A stretch of 61,799 nucleotides of DNA, the filler included, from Sphacelaria rigidula (taxonomy: Eukaryota), in assembly GCA_964200075.2 (NCBI GenBank). It is 10 parts of 10 records of this genome, joined end to end, with 100 filler letters (N's around TTAATTAATTAA, not from the genome) between each part and the next. Parts side by side here need not be neighbours in the genome. Positions count along the whole stretch, not along the records: positions 37,143 to 43,232 come from CAXNAA020022304.1; positions 43,333 to 49,421 come from CAXNAA020022305.1; positions 49,522 to 55,610 come from CAXNAA020022306.1; 7 more parts are not named here. One strand, given 5' to 3'. Below, one piece after another: positions 37,715 to 49,945 of the stretch. Each line of letters opens with the position of its first letter. Positions within the stretch are counted from its first letter, which is position 1. The notes under the pieces were generated by a model that did not search any database, was not told the DNA's origin, and saw nothing but the letters and a program-made list of their open reading frames with translations. The translations under genes and the position numbers were made by a program.

Positions 37715-38275
37715 GTCGGGGTGTTTTAGGACATCAAGTTCCAGACAGCTCTGGAAGCTGTACAGCCGCGTTGTTGTTATCCGTTGTCGTGGCTGTTCGT
37801 TGTTTGCTGCGGTTCGTTGTTGTCCTTTGTTTTTGTTATTGTGCTGCTGCTACCGTCTGTGGCTGTTCGTTGTTTGGTTGCTGCGGTTCGTTGTTGTCCT
37901 TTGTTTCTGTTATTGTGCTGCTGCTACCGTCTGTGGCTGTTTGTTGTTTGGTTGCTGCGGTTCGTTGTTGTCCTTGGTTTTTGTTGTTGTGCTGCTGCTG
38001 CCGTCTTTCGCTCTTGTTATCGGCCGTTGTTGTTGTTGTCGGTGGTGGTGGCGTTGCTGCTGCCTGTTATCGTCTGCTGTTGTTACGGCCGCTCCGGTCG
38101 CTGCTGCTTTGCTGTGTTGCTGTCGCTTTTGGCGATACCATAAACTTTCATGTTGCTGCGGCTGTTACCCTGCTGTGTGGTTACTATTCTGCCTAAAGAG
38201 CAATGCAATTTTGTTCTACTGCTCGGCGGCTACTGTCCCGATTTTGTTTTGCTGCTCTGCGGTTACTGTCCCGCC
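37715..38275 (+). repeat. LTR-like head followed by (GTT/GCT)-rich low-complexity sequence with an internal ~72-bp tandem unit
   Basis: The head GTCGGGGTGTTTTAGGACATCAAGTTCCAGACAGCT..GGAAGCTGT.CAGCCG is repeated at 38805. Confidence 0.7.
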
Positions 38276-38804
38276 TGAGGCGTTACGATTTTTGACTTCA
38301 CCGTCCATGAGTAGTTGTACCCTGCTGGCTATCGCACTGCCTGTTTAGCCCTCATGTGCGCGTTATGCCTCTTACACCAGCATGTAAAATCACGAGTAGT
38401 TTCCCCACTCGCGTAGTTTCCCACTCTGCTGCTCGTACGGTGCCCCACTTTGACCGCATGAGCTTTTACCGATAAACGATTGTCATCACCATGTGTGCCT
38501 AAACTGTTACACTGAGGTCCCCACGCATCTGTTCCCCTGAAATACACCTCTTCGTGGGGATGAGACGTTATTCGCTGTTGTGGCCTACCCGCACAGTATA
38601 GTGGCTTTCCCTGCATCGCGTCACTATCATCCCGTTTGGTCGGGATCACACATGTTACTAATTGTGTGTACGGGTTGGTCGGTAATTTGAAAATTCGTTT
38701 TGAAGCCGCTGCTGCCCGTACTGTTCATTACTGCGGTTGCTTGGGTTGACGACAACCCTTTGATAACCAACTTTTGAGGACCGATCCTTCTCGACAACAA
38801 TAAC

Positions 38805-38965
38805 GTCGGGGCGTTTCGGGACATCAGGCTCCAGACAGCTGCGGAAGCTGTGCAGCCGTGTTGTTATTGTATGTTGTCGTTGCTACTGCTGTTGTTGTTG
38901 TTGTTGTTGTTGTATGTTGTTGCTGCTGCTATTGTATGTTATTGCTGCTGCTGTTGTATGTTGTT

Positions 38966-39012
<47 letters not shown>

Positions 39013-39647
39013 CGTCGTTGTTGTTGTTGTATGTTGTTGCTGCTGCTGTTGTTGTTTTCTGTTTCCTGTTCCTGTTGCCTATTACGCCTGTTGCTGTTGC
39101 TGTTGTTGTTGTATGTTGTTGCTGCTGCTGCTGCTGTTTCCACCGTGCTTTCTGCTACCCTGGTTGGCTGTCATTGTCCCGCTTGTTGTGTTATTTTTGC
39201 CTCTACCGCTTACTGTCGGCTGTACTTTTCTCGCTCGCTATCCCATCGCATGTTGTCATGTTCACGTGCATTTTCCGCCCTCATGTTGTATCAACCTGTT
39301 TCGATCTGATCGTACAGTTTTGTTTTGTCATTGTCGCATGTATTGTATCACCTTCGCCTGATCTACACCTGGTCAGCCATAATGTCATCGCTGTACCCAA
39401 CCAGCAATGATCGTGTTCTAGATATTCTCTATATTATCCCGGTAGTTTTATTGCAAAACAACCCACCATGATCAGTATGTACTCTGTTTCCGGGGTTGCA
39501 TTTTTATTGTGGCTATGCGGATTTGTGGAATGCACATGCAGTACAGTTTCCATTTTATGTCGATCCTGTTTGCTTTTCTTTCATCTTACATACCCATAGT
39601 GTTTGCATCTCCGGTTGTCGCCTCTACCACAACTACTTTTGAGCCCC
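38805..39647 (+). mobile_element. Putative Copia-type LTR with (GTT)n expansion and a degenerate PBS
   Basis: Same head as 37715. Ends ...CTCTACCACA followed by ACTACTTTTGAGCCCC, which loosely resembles the GGTTATG(A/G)GCCC copia PBS. Confidence 0.4.
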
Positions 39648-40729
39648 TCGATTGTATTTTGAGTGCTGGATAATTTTGCGCTGCCTGTACTCATCATCCT
39701 TGAGCAGGATTCCGCTGGTAATCCTTTCATCTATCTGGTTCGCAAGGCCGAAACGCCGAATTTATCGCCCGGCACACGACATATCGATCTGCGTCACGTG
39801 GTATAAAACCGAACCATATTTTCATGTACCCCAAGACTTCCAACGTATACTAACCACGCCCTCTACTACTTCCGCCCCTGTTTCACCCACACTCTTGTTC
39901 TGGGTGTGTCGCATCCCGCTGAGGGAACCGGCGCTAAATGTCATTGCGTTGGGGAGGACACGCAAGAAACACTGAACGGTTTGCCAATGACGGTATGTTC
40001 CCGCGTGGAGTGTCTGCAATTTGGTTTGGTTTAGCTAATACCGGGTACCTTTTTATGGAGTGTTCGCAATTTGGTTTGGTTTAGCTAATCCCGGGTACCT
40101 TTTCATTGCCTTCTGGTAGCAGGGTCATCACCTTGGTGCCACCAAATAGGATCCCCATTTTATCCCACACTGGTAATCGATCGTATGGTTTGCTATTCAC
40201 CAGGTTGACCTCTTGACGCACCCTGCACCGTAGTTGAATACTACCTTGTACATTCGCTGTACCGTAGTTGGATAATATATTGTTCAGTTGCTTCAAACTT
40301 GGTTTTCGATACCATACCGCCACTACTTCCCGCGGATTGCCTTGTCATTACTTATTCAGTACGCAGACGTACGTAGTTTCCCTATTTTGCCTTTTTGCCC
40401 TTTATGCCCAGCCTACCATGCAAGTTATCTGCGCGACTATATATATATATATATATATATTTGGCAGTCCTTATAGGCACTACATATATGTTTTAGACAC
40501 TTATGTCGCTGACATGGTCGCTGGACCCCCTTGGGGGGGGGCGAAGCACAAGTTCCATATTTTTTGCGGGTTGTTGTCTCGCGTGCACGCCCTTTGCCAC
40601 AAAACAACGCGGTTTCCCACCATGAGAACGCTGTATGATCAGAAAAGAAATGCACAAGCTTCTCGACCGAGGTGTTGCTCACCCAACTTTCCACGGCAAA
40701 GTTTGTCGACTAAACGATTTTGTGTTCAG

Positions 40730-40968
40730 TAAAATTCGCCGAGTTCGCCAAATATGTCTTTACTGCAGGGTCTCACAGGTTCCTTAGCCTGTTGATCGAT
40801 AATACCGGCATACAACCAGCCCCCTCCAAATGCAACGCAATTACTCAGACGCCACGTCCATACAATCGAAAAACTACGTTCGTTTCTAAAACAACCAGGT
40901 ACCTTGGACAGTTTGTTCAGGAGCGTAGCATTCTAGTCGCCCTGCTGACCGATATTCTAAGCAAGTAG
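40730..40968 (+). mobile_element. Gypsy RT/RNase H connection remnant
   Basis: FLSLLIDNTGIQPAPSKCNAITQTPRP...YLGQFV..SILVALLTDIL. Confidence 0.6.
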
Positions 40969-41716
40969 GAAAGCCAACAGTATTGCTGCACGATGTAGGT
41001 AAACGCGCGCTCTCCTTATGCTGTCAAACTCTCGTGCCGTATAACTGCAGCAAGACTTCACCACCACAATCCGGTCGTCTCATGGTGGCTCAGCTAGGAT
41101 ATGGCATGCGAACTAGACTCTCGCACAATGAGCATCAATGTACAACTCATGCGTGTGAGGGCATGTTTCTTGTCATTCCTGTGCTTTGTCTCGGTATATT
41201 TAGTACAACGTACCTCATTCTTAAATTCTTACTCAGCATGCCTTGCCTATTTTATTTTCGCCAATATTGTGTCTACAGTTTCACAGGATTCGAGAACCGA
41301 GGGGGTCGGCTGCTGAAGAGGTTACATAATTGCACAAATCTTGGCCCCAGAGAGAGTACGTTTCACGCACACTCTTGCGCAATCGTACCCTACCCGACGA
41401 CCTGACGCCATGCTATCGTCTGACACATTCCCCTTCGAGCTCTGGACTGGCCGTAAACATTACACACGTACCACCGCTGTCTCAATAGCAAAACGTTCCT
41501 TCCATATCCGCCCACTCCATCCAAAACACCTCATACCCGAAGTGTTTGCGTCACACCTTGAGGGGGACCAAACTGGAACGCCACACCCATATTCCACCTG
41601 ACCCCTGAATTTGTGTCGTGTTCGACTGCATTGCCTGTATCTGTCACCATGTTGAATTGTCGAGAACTCTGCGTTGTTTCAGGCACTGACGGGTGGGGAA
41701 AAGGAAAAGACTTTAA

Positions 41717-42135
41717 AGGGGGAGGGGGCGTACCTGTTTGTTTCGAGCATCCAAGTAATTCCCCTGGCTGCTGTAATCTGCACTGTTCCCCAACTCCTTC
41801 ACCAACTTCACTTCATCCAAGTAGTTTCTGAGCTGTTGCACTCTGTACTGTTTTTATCTGCACTATTTTTATTGCATCCAAGTATTATTTTCTTTGCTCC
41901 ATTTGCACCGTTTCCGCATCAAAGTATTCTCTTGGCTGCGGCCAGCTGCACTGTTTCCAGTTGTTTCATCATTTTCACCCCTCGCTTTGCCAAGTCTCAT
42001 GCTTGTATCAGGCCATCAAAGAATACCTCGGTTAGAGAGGGTGATAACGTACATCCTGGTGCGACTCCTTCAAAAATATCAAAATATTTCGATATTTCCC
42101 TGTCTAGCACCGTCGCACTTTTGGCGCATTTCTTT
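41717..42135 (-). mobile_element. Internally deleted LINE family A fragments
   Basis: 42030-42130 is homologous to 14225-14330 (GVAPGCTLSP); 41880-41985 is homologous to 13620-13710. A G-run + CGTAC terminus lies at ~41717-41735. Confidence 0.65.
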
Positions 42136-43232
42136 CGTCTTAATCGTCCACCCCTTTCCTTTGATCACAGTTCCTCATATATTTTCTCACAACCCATTGC
42201 TCCATACTGCGTCATAAGCCTTCTGCACCTGTATCACCCAATAGTTTCTTCGACCCCGCCATCGCACTCGAAGCACCCGGCTTCCGCACGTGGTTATGCC
42301 TTGAAGCTTTTGCCACAGGTGCTACCTCGTGGAAAGGCTACATCAGTGCCGAGTTGAGGCACCACGTATATGATTATGGGAATTTCTTTCGGCGAGTACG
42401 ATACGAAGATGGAGACTGGAAACAGCCATCTCGCTTGGAAGTTTAGCACACCAAGCTGAAACGGAGGAGCCAAAGAGAGACAGCAGCCATGGACGTGTAC
42501 GAATGGCTGTTGTGTGATGGGGTACACGATATCATTGCGAGAGGAATGCGGTAGTAAAATAAGGGAATATGTAACTATATATTGCTGCTACCGTACGCTT
42601 CAGTCATGAATTACGAGTGTTCGTTGTCTTTTTCTTGTGCTGCTGTGTTATCGATTGCTTCCCATTTGATGATATACGGGCACATGTGTGAGCCAAGGCG
42701 CGTAGGCTCTATTTCCAGTAGAATAGGTATCGGTAGTTACAGGAGAGCACCCCTCAAAAGCTGCACTCCTGTAACTATTGATCAGTTCGCGGAAATGTTG
42801 TTTTTAGCGAGGTTTAAGCCCCGCACTACGCTAGAATCCAGTCTAACTGATCCAGGGTGTCGACGCGCGATCACGCTAACTAGCCGATCGTTCTCCAGTG
42901 TAACTGAGATCCCGGGAAAACGACAGCGACCGTACTTGTCTGCTGTTTCTGTCGTTGGAAAGGGCGCTATAGATTTTTTTCCTTTCCTAACGGATGGGGG
43001 TTTCCCCTGCCTAACAGGATTTACCTATCCATTAGATATCGAGTTTTCTTCTGCATTGTAATTCAGCAGGTTTTTCTCGTTTTACTTTCAGGCGTTGATG
43101 CACAGGCTTTGTTTTTGTTCTGGCCCTTCCAGCCCTCCAATAAATTTGTGTGTAGCCATATAAATATGGCTAGGGGGATGTTACAGATTTATTGGTCATG
43201 TTCCAGTCGACTGGGTTCCATTTGTCATACTT

Positions 43233-43332
43233 NNNNNNNNNNNNNNNNNNNNNNNNNNNNNNNNNNNNNNNNNNNNTTAATTAATTAANNNNNNNNNNNN
43301 NNNNNNNNNNNNNNNNNNNNNNNNNNNNNNNN
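43233..43332. other. Artificial contig linker
   Basis: N44-TTAATTAATTAA-N44. Confidence 0.99.
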
Positions 43333-46300
43333 CCAGGTATACGCAGCCCAGACCCGTGGAATGGCGCAAAAGTTGCGTGGATACCCCTTGGAGCAGCGAT
43401 CAACTTTTCTCTCCCTTTTGGGCAATTAGGCTGGAGAAATCGTGAATTTGGTGATTTTGAGTCATGATGATTCGTCCTAACCGTGAAAAATTTCAATGCG
43501 AGCATTCGAGTCCTTGCTCGTTGTTGACAAAAAATTGTAAGGCGAGCACTCGAGTCATTGCTCGTTGTTTACAAAAAAATGTAGAGCGAGCACTCGAGTC
43601 ATTGCTTGTTGTTGACAAAAAATTGGACGGCGAGCACTCGAGTCATTGCTCGTTGTTGGAAAAAATGATAGCGCGAGCATTCGAGTCCTGGCTCGTTGTG
43701 GGAAACGTTCATGAGATGAGCACTCGAGTCCTTGCTCGTTGTTGGAAAAAGTATAAGGCGAACACTCGAGTCTTTGCTCGTTGTTGGAAAAATATAATGC
43801 GGACACTCGAGTCCTTGCTCGTTGTGGAAAAAAAAATGTAGGGCGAGCACTCGAGTCCTTGCTCGTTGTTGGAAAAAATATAAGGCTGGCATTCGAGTCA
43901 TTGCTCGTTGTGGAAAAAAATGATAGCGCGAGCACTCGGGTCCTTGCTTGTTGTGGGAAAAAATATAACACGAGCACTCGAGTCCTTTCTCGTTGTAGGA
44001 AAAATTCATCTGATGAGCACTCGAGTCCTTTCTCGTTGTTGAAAGTATTGTAAGGCGAGCACTCGGGTCCTCGCTCGTTGTTGGAAAAAATGTAAGGAGG
44101 GCATTCGAGTGTTGGCTCGTTGTTGGAAAAGTTCATCAGATAAGCACTCGAGTCCTTGCTCGTTGTTAAAAGTAATGTAAGGCGAGCACTCGGGTCCTTG
44201 CTCGTTGTGGAAAATAATGATAGCGCGAGCATTCGAGTCCTGGGTCGTCGTGGGAAAAGTTCATGGGATGAGCTCTCGATTCATTGCTCGTTGTTGACAA
44301 AAAATTGTACGGCGAGCACTCGAGTCCTTGCTCATTGTGGAAAAGAACGATAGCGCGAGCATTCGAGTCCTGGCTCGTTGTGCGAAAAATAGATGGGATG
44401 AATACTCGAGTCCTTGCTCGTTGTGGAAAAGAACGATAGCGCGAGCATTCGAGTCCTGGCTCGTTGTGCGAAAAATAGATGGGATGAATACTCGAGTCCT
44501 TGCTCGTTGTGGAAAAAAAAGATAGCGCGAGCATTCGAGTCCTTGCTCGTTGTGGAAAAAAAAGATAGCGCGAGCATTCGAGTCCTTGCTGGTTGTGGAA
44601 AACGTTCATCGGATGAGCACTCGAGTCCTTGCTCGTCGTGGAAAAAAATGATAGCACGAGCATTCGAGTCCTGGCTAGTTGTGGGGGAAATCCATGAGAT
44701 GAGCACTCGAGTCCTTGCCCGTTGTGGAAAAAAATTTGTAAGGCGAGCACTCGAGTCCTTGCTCGTTGTGGGGAAAATCCATGGGATGAGCACTCGAGTC
44801 CTTGCCCGTTGTGAGGAAAATCCATGGGATGAGCACTCGAGTCATTGCTCGTTGTTGGAAAAAGTATAAGGCAAGCACTCGAGTCCTTGCTCGTTGTTGG
44901 AAAAAATATATAAGGCGAGCGCTGAAGTCCTTGCTCGTTATGGGGAAAGTTCATCGGATGAGCACTCGATTCATTGCTTGTGTTGGAAAAAAATGTAAGA
45001 CTAGCACTCGGGTCCTTGCTCGTTGTTGGAAAAAATATAAGGCGGGCATTCGGGTCCTTGCTCGTTGTGGGAAAAAATATAAGACGAGCATTCGAGTCCT
45101 TGCTCGTTGTGGGAAAAGTTCATGGGATGAGCACTCGAGTCCTTGCTCGTTGTTGGAAAAAAATGTAAGGCTAGCACTCGAGTCCTTGCTCGTTGTTGGA
45201 AAAATTAGAAGGAGGGCATTCGAGTCCTTGCTCGTTGTGGGGAAAGTTCATGGAATGAGCACTCGAGTCAATGCTCGTTGTTGACAAAAAATTGTAAGGC
45301 GAGCACTCGGGTCCTTGCTCGTTGTGGAAAAAATTGTAAGGCGAGCACTCGAGTCCTGGCTCGTTGTGGGAAAAGTTCATGGGATAAGCACTCGAGTCCT
45401 TGCTCGTTGTTGGAAAAAGTATAAGGCGAACACTCGAGTCCTTGCTCGTTGTGGAAAAAATTGTAAGGCGAGCACTCGAGTCCTTGCTCGTTGTTGGAAA
45501 GAAGATAAGGAGGGCATTCGAGTCCTTGCTCGTTGAGGGGAAAGTTCATCAGATGAGCACTCGAGTCATTGCTCGTTGTTGACAAGAAACTGTAAGGCGA
45601 GCATTCGAGTCCTGGCTCGTTGTGGGAAAAGTTCATGGGATGAGTACTCGAGTCCATGCTCGTTGTTGGAAAAAGTATAAGGCGAACACTCAAGTCCTTG
45701 CTCGTTGTGGACAAAAAATTGTAAGGCGAGCACTCGAGTCCTTGCTCGTTGTTGGAAAAAATATAAGGTGAGCACTCGAGTCCTTGCTCGTTGTGGGGAA
45801 AGTTCATGGGATGAGCACTCGAGTCCTTGCTCGTTGTTGGAAAAAAATTCAGGCCAGCCCTCGAGTTCTTGCTCGTTATAAAAAAAAATTATGGGATGAG
45901 CACTCAAGTCATTGCTCGTTGTGGGAAGAATTGATGGGATGAGCACTCGAGTCATTGCTCGTTGTTGAAAAATAATATAAGACGAGCACTCAAGTCCTTG
46001 CTCGTTGTGGGAAAATTTCATAGGATGAGCATGCGAGTCCTTGCTCGTTGTTGGAAAAGTTCATAGGATAAGCACTCGAGTCCTTGCTCGTTGGGGGAAA
46101 AATTCATGGGATGAGCACTCGAGTCATGGCCCGTCGTGGGGAAAAAAATCGTAAGGCGAGCACTCGAGTCCTTGCCCATTGTGGAAAAAATTAAGAGGGC
46201 GAGCACTTGCGTCTCGTTGTGGGGAAAAAATTGGGAGAGCACTCGAGTCATTGCTCGTTGTGCAAAAGTTCATAATGCGATCACTCGAGTCCTTGTCGGT

Positions 46301-46335
46301 GTGGAGGAAAATAAGAAAAAAATCGGGCAAGCACT

Positions 46336-46645
46336 CGAGTCATCGTTCTTATTTTTCCCCACACTTTGAATCCTCCCCTTCCTCGAGATGAGTCCCTGGT
46401 CTCAAGGGATCAACCCATCTCTCCCCCGGTACGTGTCTTTCATTTTGGTCTCGCGGATTGGGTCAGCACTTCCGCACCGCGTCAACTCACGTCACGCAAC
46501 CTAGTCGACTATTGTGTTCATTCACGTCCTCAGGCTTTCCACGGTGAAAATCGTACATTACGAAGAAAAAACCCAACGCATCGGGAATCGAACCCTCACT
46601 CTCTCCACCCTAATGGCGACAGTCGAACCACTCCACCACCGGGGC
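46336..46645 (-). mobile_element. SINE family 2 inserted in the satellite
   Basis: Reverse complement of 7976-8294, including the GCCCCGGTGG head, B box and AAATAAGAA tail. Confidence 0.88.
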
Positions 46646-47484
46646 GCAGCTTCTTCATCGAAAAATATGAGGAGCCCGAGCACTCGAGTCATTGCTCTTT
46701 GTGGAGAAAGATAATAGGGCGAGCACTCGAGTCTTTGCTCGTTGTGCAAAAAATTGATGGGGCGAGCACTCGAGTCCTTGCTCGTTGTGCAAAAAAATCA
46801 AGAGGGCGAGCCCTCGAGTCATTGCCCGTTATGAAGAGAAATGATGGGGCGAGCACTCGAGCCATGGTTTGTCGTGCAAAAAGTTGATGGGGCAAGCACT
46901 CGAGTCCTTGCTGTTTGTAATAAAAAGTATAAGGGCGAGCACTCGAGTCATCGCTCGTTGTCGAAAAATATTAGGAGCCCGAGCACTCGAGTCCTTGCTT
47001 GTTGTGCAAAAAATTAAGGGGTCAGCACTCGAGTACTTGCTCGTTGTGCAGAAAAATAAAAGGATGAGCACTCGAGTCATCGCTCGTTGTGGAATAATAT
47101 TATGAGCCCGAGCACTCGAGTCCTTGCTCTTTGTGAAAAATAAATAAATAGGGCGAGCACTCGAGTCATTGTTGTGGAGGAAAAAATTAAGGCGAACACT
47201 CAAGTCATTGCTCTTTGTGCAAAACAATCAGGAACCCAAGCACTCGAGTCATTGCCCGTTGTCGAAAAAATTAAAAACAGGGCGAGCACTCGAGTCCTTG
47301 CTGTTTGTGAAGAAGAATAAAAGGGTCAGCACTCGAGTAATCACGCGTTGTGCAAAATTTTAGTAGGGCGAGCACTCGAGTCATTGCTCGTTGTGAAGAA
47401 AAATTCATCGGCTGAGCACTCGAGTCACTGCTCGTTGTGGAAAAATTCATAGGACGAGCACCCGCGTCCTCGCTCGTTTTGAGT

Positions 47485-47766
47485 ATGTTGTGTGTGTTGT
47501 CGTCTCATCTATTCTGGACGCCGGTCTACACCTTTCGGTATATATGAACGCACCAGCCGGAGTCACACAGGAAGAATGTCAACACAGGAGGTTTTTATTT
47601 CAATTTGTTTTTAGTAACCCGCAGTCCTTCTGCGGTGCTTGCCTTTATTTTTTATCGCGAGAGGGGTTCAGCACTCCCTTTTCCTCGTCGACTGTTAAGT
47701 CGAATTTTGTGTACCCACGACCCAACCGTCAGAAGGTTCCGAAGTTACCAACTGAGCCACCGGGGC
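47485..47766 (-). mobile_element. SINE family 1 (internally deleted) inserted in the satellite
   Basis: Head GCCCCGGTGGCTCAGTTGGTAAC; conserved body; (CA)-rich tail. Confidence 0.85.
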
Positions 47767-49421
47767 GACCGGCTGTGTGCGCGTTGTGGAAAAAAATAGT
47801 ATGGCGAGCACTCGCGTCCTTACTCCTTATGCAAAAGAAAACATAGGTCGAGCACTCGAATCACTGCTCGTTGTGAGGAAAAATGATGTGGCGAGCACTC
47901 GAGTCATTGCTTGTTGTGAAAAAAAAAATATGGCGAGCACTTGAGTCATAGCTCTTTGCTCAAAAAAATCAACAGGCCAAGCTTCCGAATCATTGCTTGT
48001 TGTGGAAAAAACAAAAGGGCGAGCACTCGAGTCCTCGCGCGTTGTGCGAAAAATTAGTAGGGCGAGCACTCGAGTCGGTGCTCTTCGTAAAAAAGTAGTA
48101 GGACGCCGAGCACTCGAGTCATTGCCCGTTGTGCAGTAAATTAAAAATAGGGCGAGCACTCAAGTCCTTACTTATTGTGAGAAAAATTGATGAGGCGACC
48201 ACTCGAGTCATTGCTCCTCGTGAGAAAAAATTAGTAGGACGAACACTCGAGTCATTGCGCGTTCGTGGAAAAAATAATAGAGCGAACACGCGAGTCCTTG
48301 CCCGTTGTGGAAGGAATAAATAGGGCGAGTACTCGAGTCATCGCTCTTTGTGAAAACGTATCAGGAGGCCGAGCACTCGAGTCATTGGCCGTTACAGAAA
48401 TGATTATTAGGCCGAGCACCCGAGTCATTGCTCATTGTGCGAAAAATTGGAAGGGCGAGCACTCGAGTCCTTGCCCGTTGTGCAAAAAACTAGTATGGCA
48501 AACACTCGAGTCATCGCTCGTTGTGGTAAAAAATCAATAGAGCGAGCACTCGAGTCCTTGCCCGTTGTGAAAGGAATAAATAGGGCGAGCACTCGAGTCC
48601 TTCCTCGTTGTGGAAGGAATTAATAGGCCGAGCACTCGAGTCATTGCCTGTTATAGAAATAATCAATAGGCCGAGCACCCGAGTCATTGCTCATTCTGGG
48701 AAAAATTTGAAGGGCGAGCACTGGAGTCATTGCTCGTCATGGAAAAAATAACAGGGCGAGCACTCGAGTCATTGCCTGTTGTGGAAATTATTAGTAGAGC
48801 GAGCACTCGAGTCCTTGCTCGTCGTGCAAAAAATCAAAAGGCCGAGCACTCGAGTCATTGCTCGTTGTGAAAAAAGTTGGATGGGCGAAGACTCGAGTTA
48901 TCGTTGTGCAAAAGAATCATAGAGCGAGCATACGAATCCTTGCTCGTTGCGAGAAAAAATAACAGGGCGAGTACTCGAGTCCTTGCTTGTTGTGGAAGAG
49001 ATGAATAGGACGAAGACGTGAGTCATCGCTCTTTGTGGAGAAGTATCACGAGACCGAGCACTCGAGTGATTGCCCGTTGTGGGAATAAAAAAAATGGCGA
49101 GCACTCTAGTCCTTCTTTGTCGTGGAAAAAATGAATAGGACGAGCACTCAAGTCAATGCGCGTTGTGGAAAGAAATATGAAGCCGAGCACTCAAGTCCTT
49201 TCTTGTTGTCGAAAAAAACAATAGGGCGAGCACTCGAGTCATTGCTCGTTGTGGAAAACATTAACAGGGCGAGAACTCCGGTCATTGCTCGTTGTGAAAA
49301 AAGAAAAAAGAAAAAGACGAGCACTCAAGTCATTGCTCGTTGTGCAAAACATTAACCCTTCTGGAACCGTTGATGGAAAACTGAGGATTTACAACTGAGG
49401 TTTTTCCCACAATATGTGATT

Positions 49422-49521
49422 NNNNNNNNNNNNNNNNNNNNNNNNNNNNNNNNNNNNNNNNNNNNTTAATTAATTAANNNNNNNNNNNNNNNNNNNNNNN
49501 NNNNNNNNNNNNNNNNNNNNN
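49422..49521. other. Artificial contig linker
   Basis: N44-TTAATTAATTAA-N44. Confidence 0.99.
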
Positions 49522-49945
49522 AGCGACGCCAACCCCATCGGGGGTCCGCCCCTACAAAGCCGGGACGGAGCACGCTGGGTTCTCGCCGGACCAGGTTGGA
49601 TACATACGTGGGAGGGAAATATATGTAGGATTGGAGTGTTTCGTACATGTGTCTATCTCTACGGTGTTCGATCGATATCTATTTTGTGCGGTACTCCCCT
49701 CCGCGGTATACGTTTACATTAACACCAACGTCTCCTGATGAACGGTATCCTTGTTCAAAGATCGTCACTGTTTCGAGATGTACGATTCTAGGAAAATTGT
49801 TGCAAGAGAACTCAGATCGCATACAGAATCAGGGAGAGCAGGAATATCAGCAGCATACAGGCCATAACACTCTTGTCTTGTGCTGCCCCGCTCATTTCTT
49901 TCCCTCTATCTCTCCCCTTTTTGTTTGCGTCATTTCTGTCGTCAG

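Larger units (their letters stand above)
43497..49350. repeat. Satellite/minisatellite array, ~39-43 bp unit
   Basis: Core GAGCACTCGAGTC(C/A)TTGCTCGTTGT(T)GG plus an A-rich variable linker; roughly 125-130 units (length estimate); interrupted by two SINEs. Confidence 0.97.

Noticed and set aside
37707..39410. Cys/Leu/Val-rich ORFs
   Set aside because: Translations of GTT/GCT microsatellites, open in several frames.
43497..49350. CRISPR-like array (palindromic repeat plus variable spacer)
   Set aside because: Linkers are only ~13-17 nt, A-rich and mutually related; repeats are degenerate; there are no cas genes; the context is eukaryotic, with SINE insertions.
43464..49355. Many repetitive ORFs on both strands
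   Set aside because: By-products of the satellite; the unit length is not a consistent multiple of 3.
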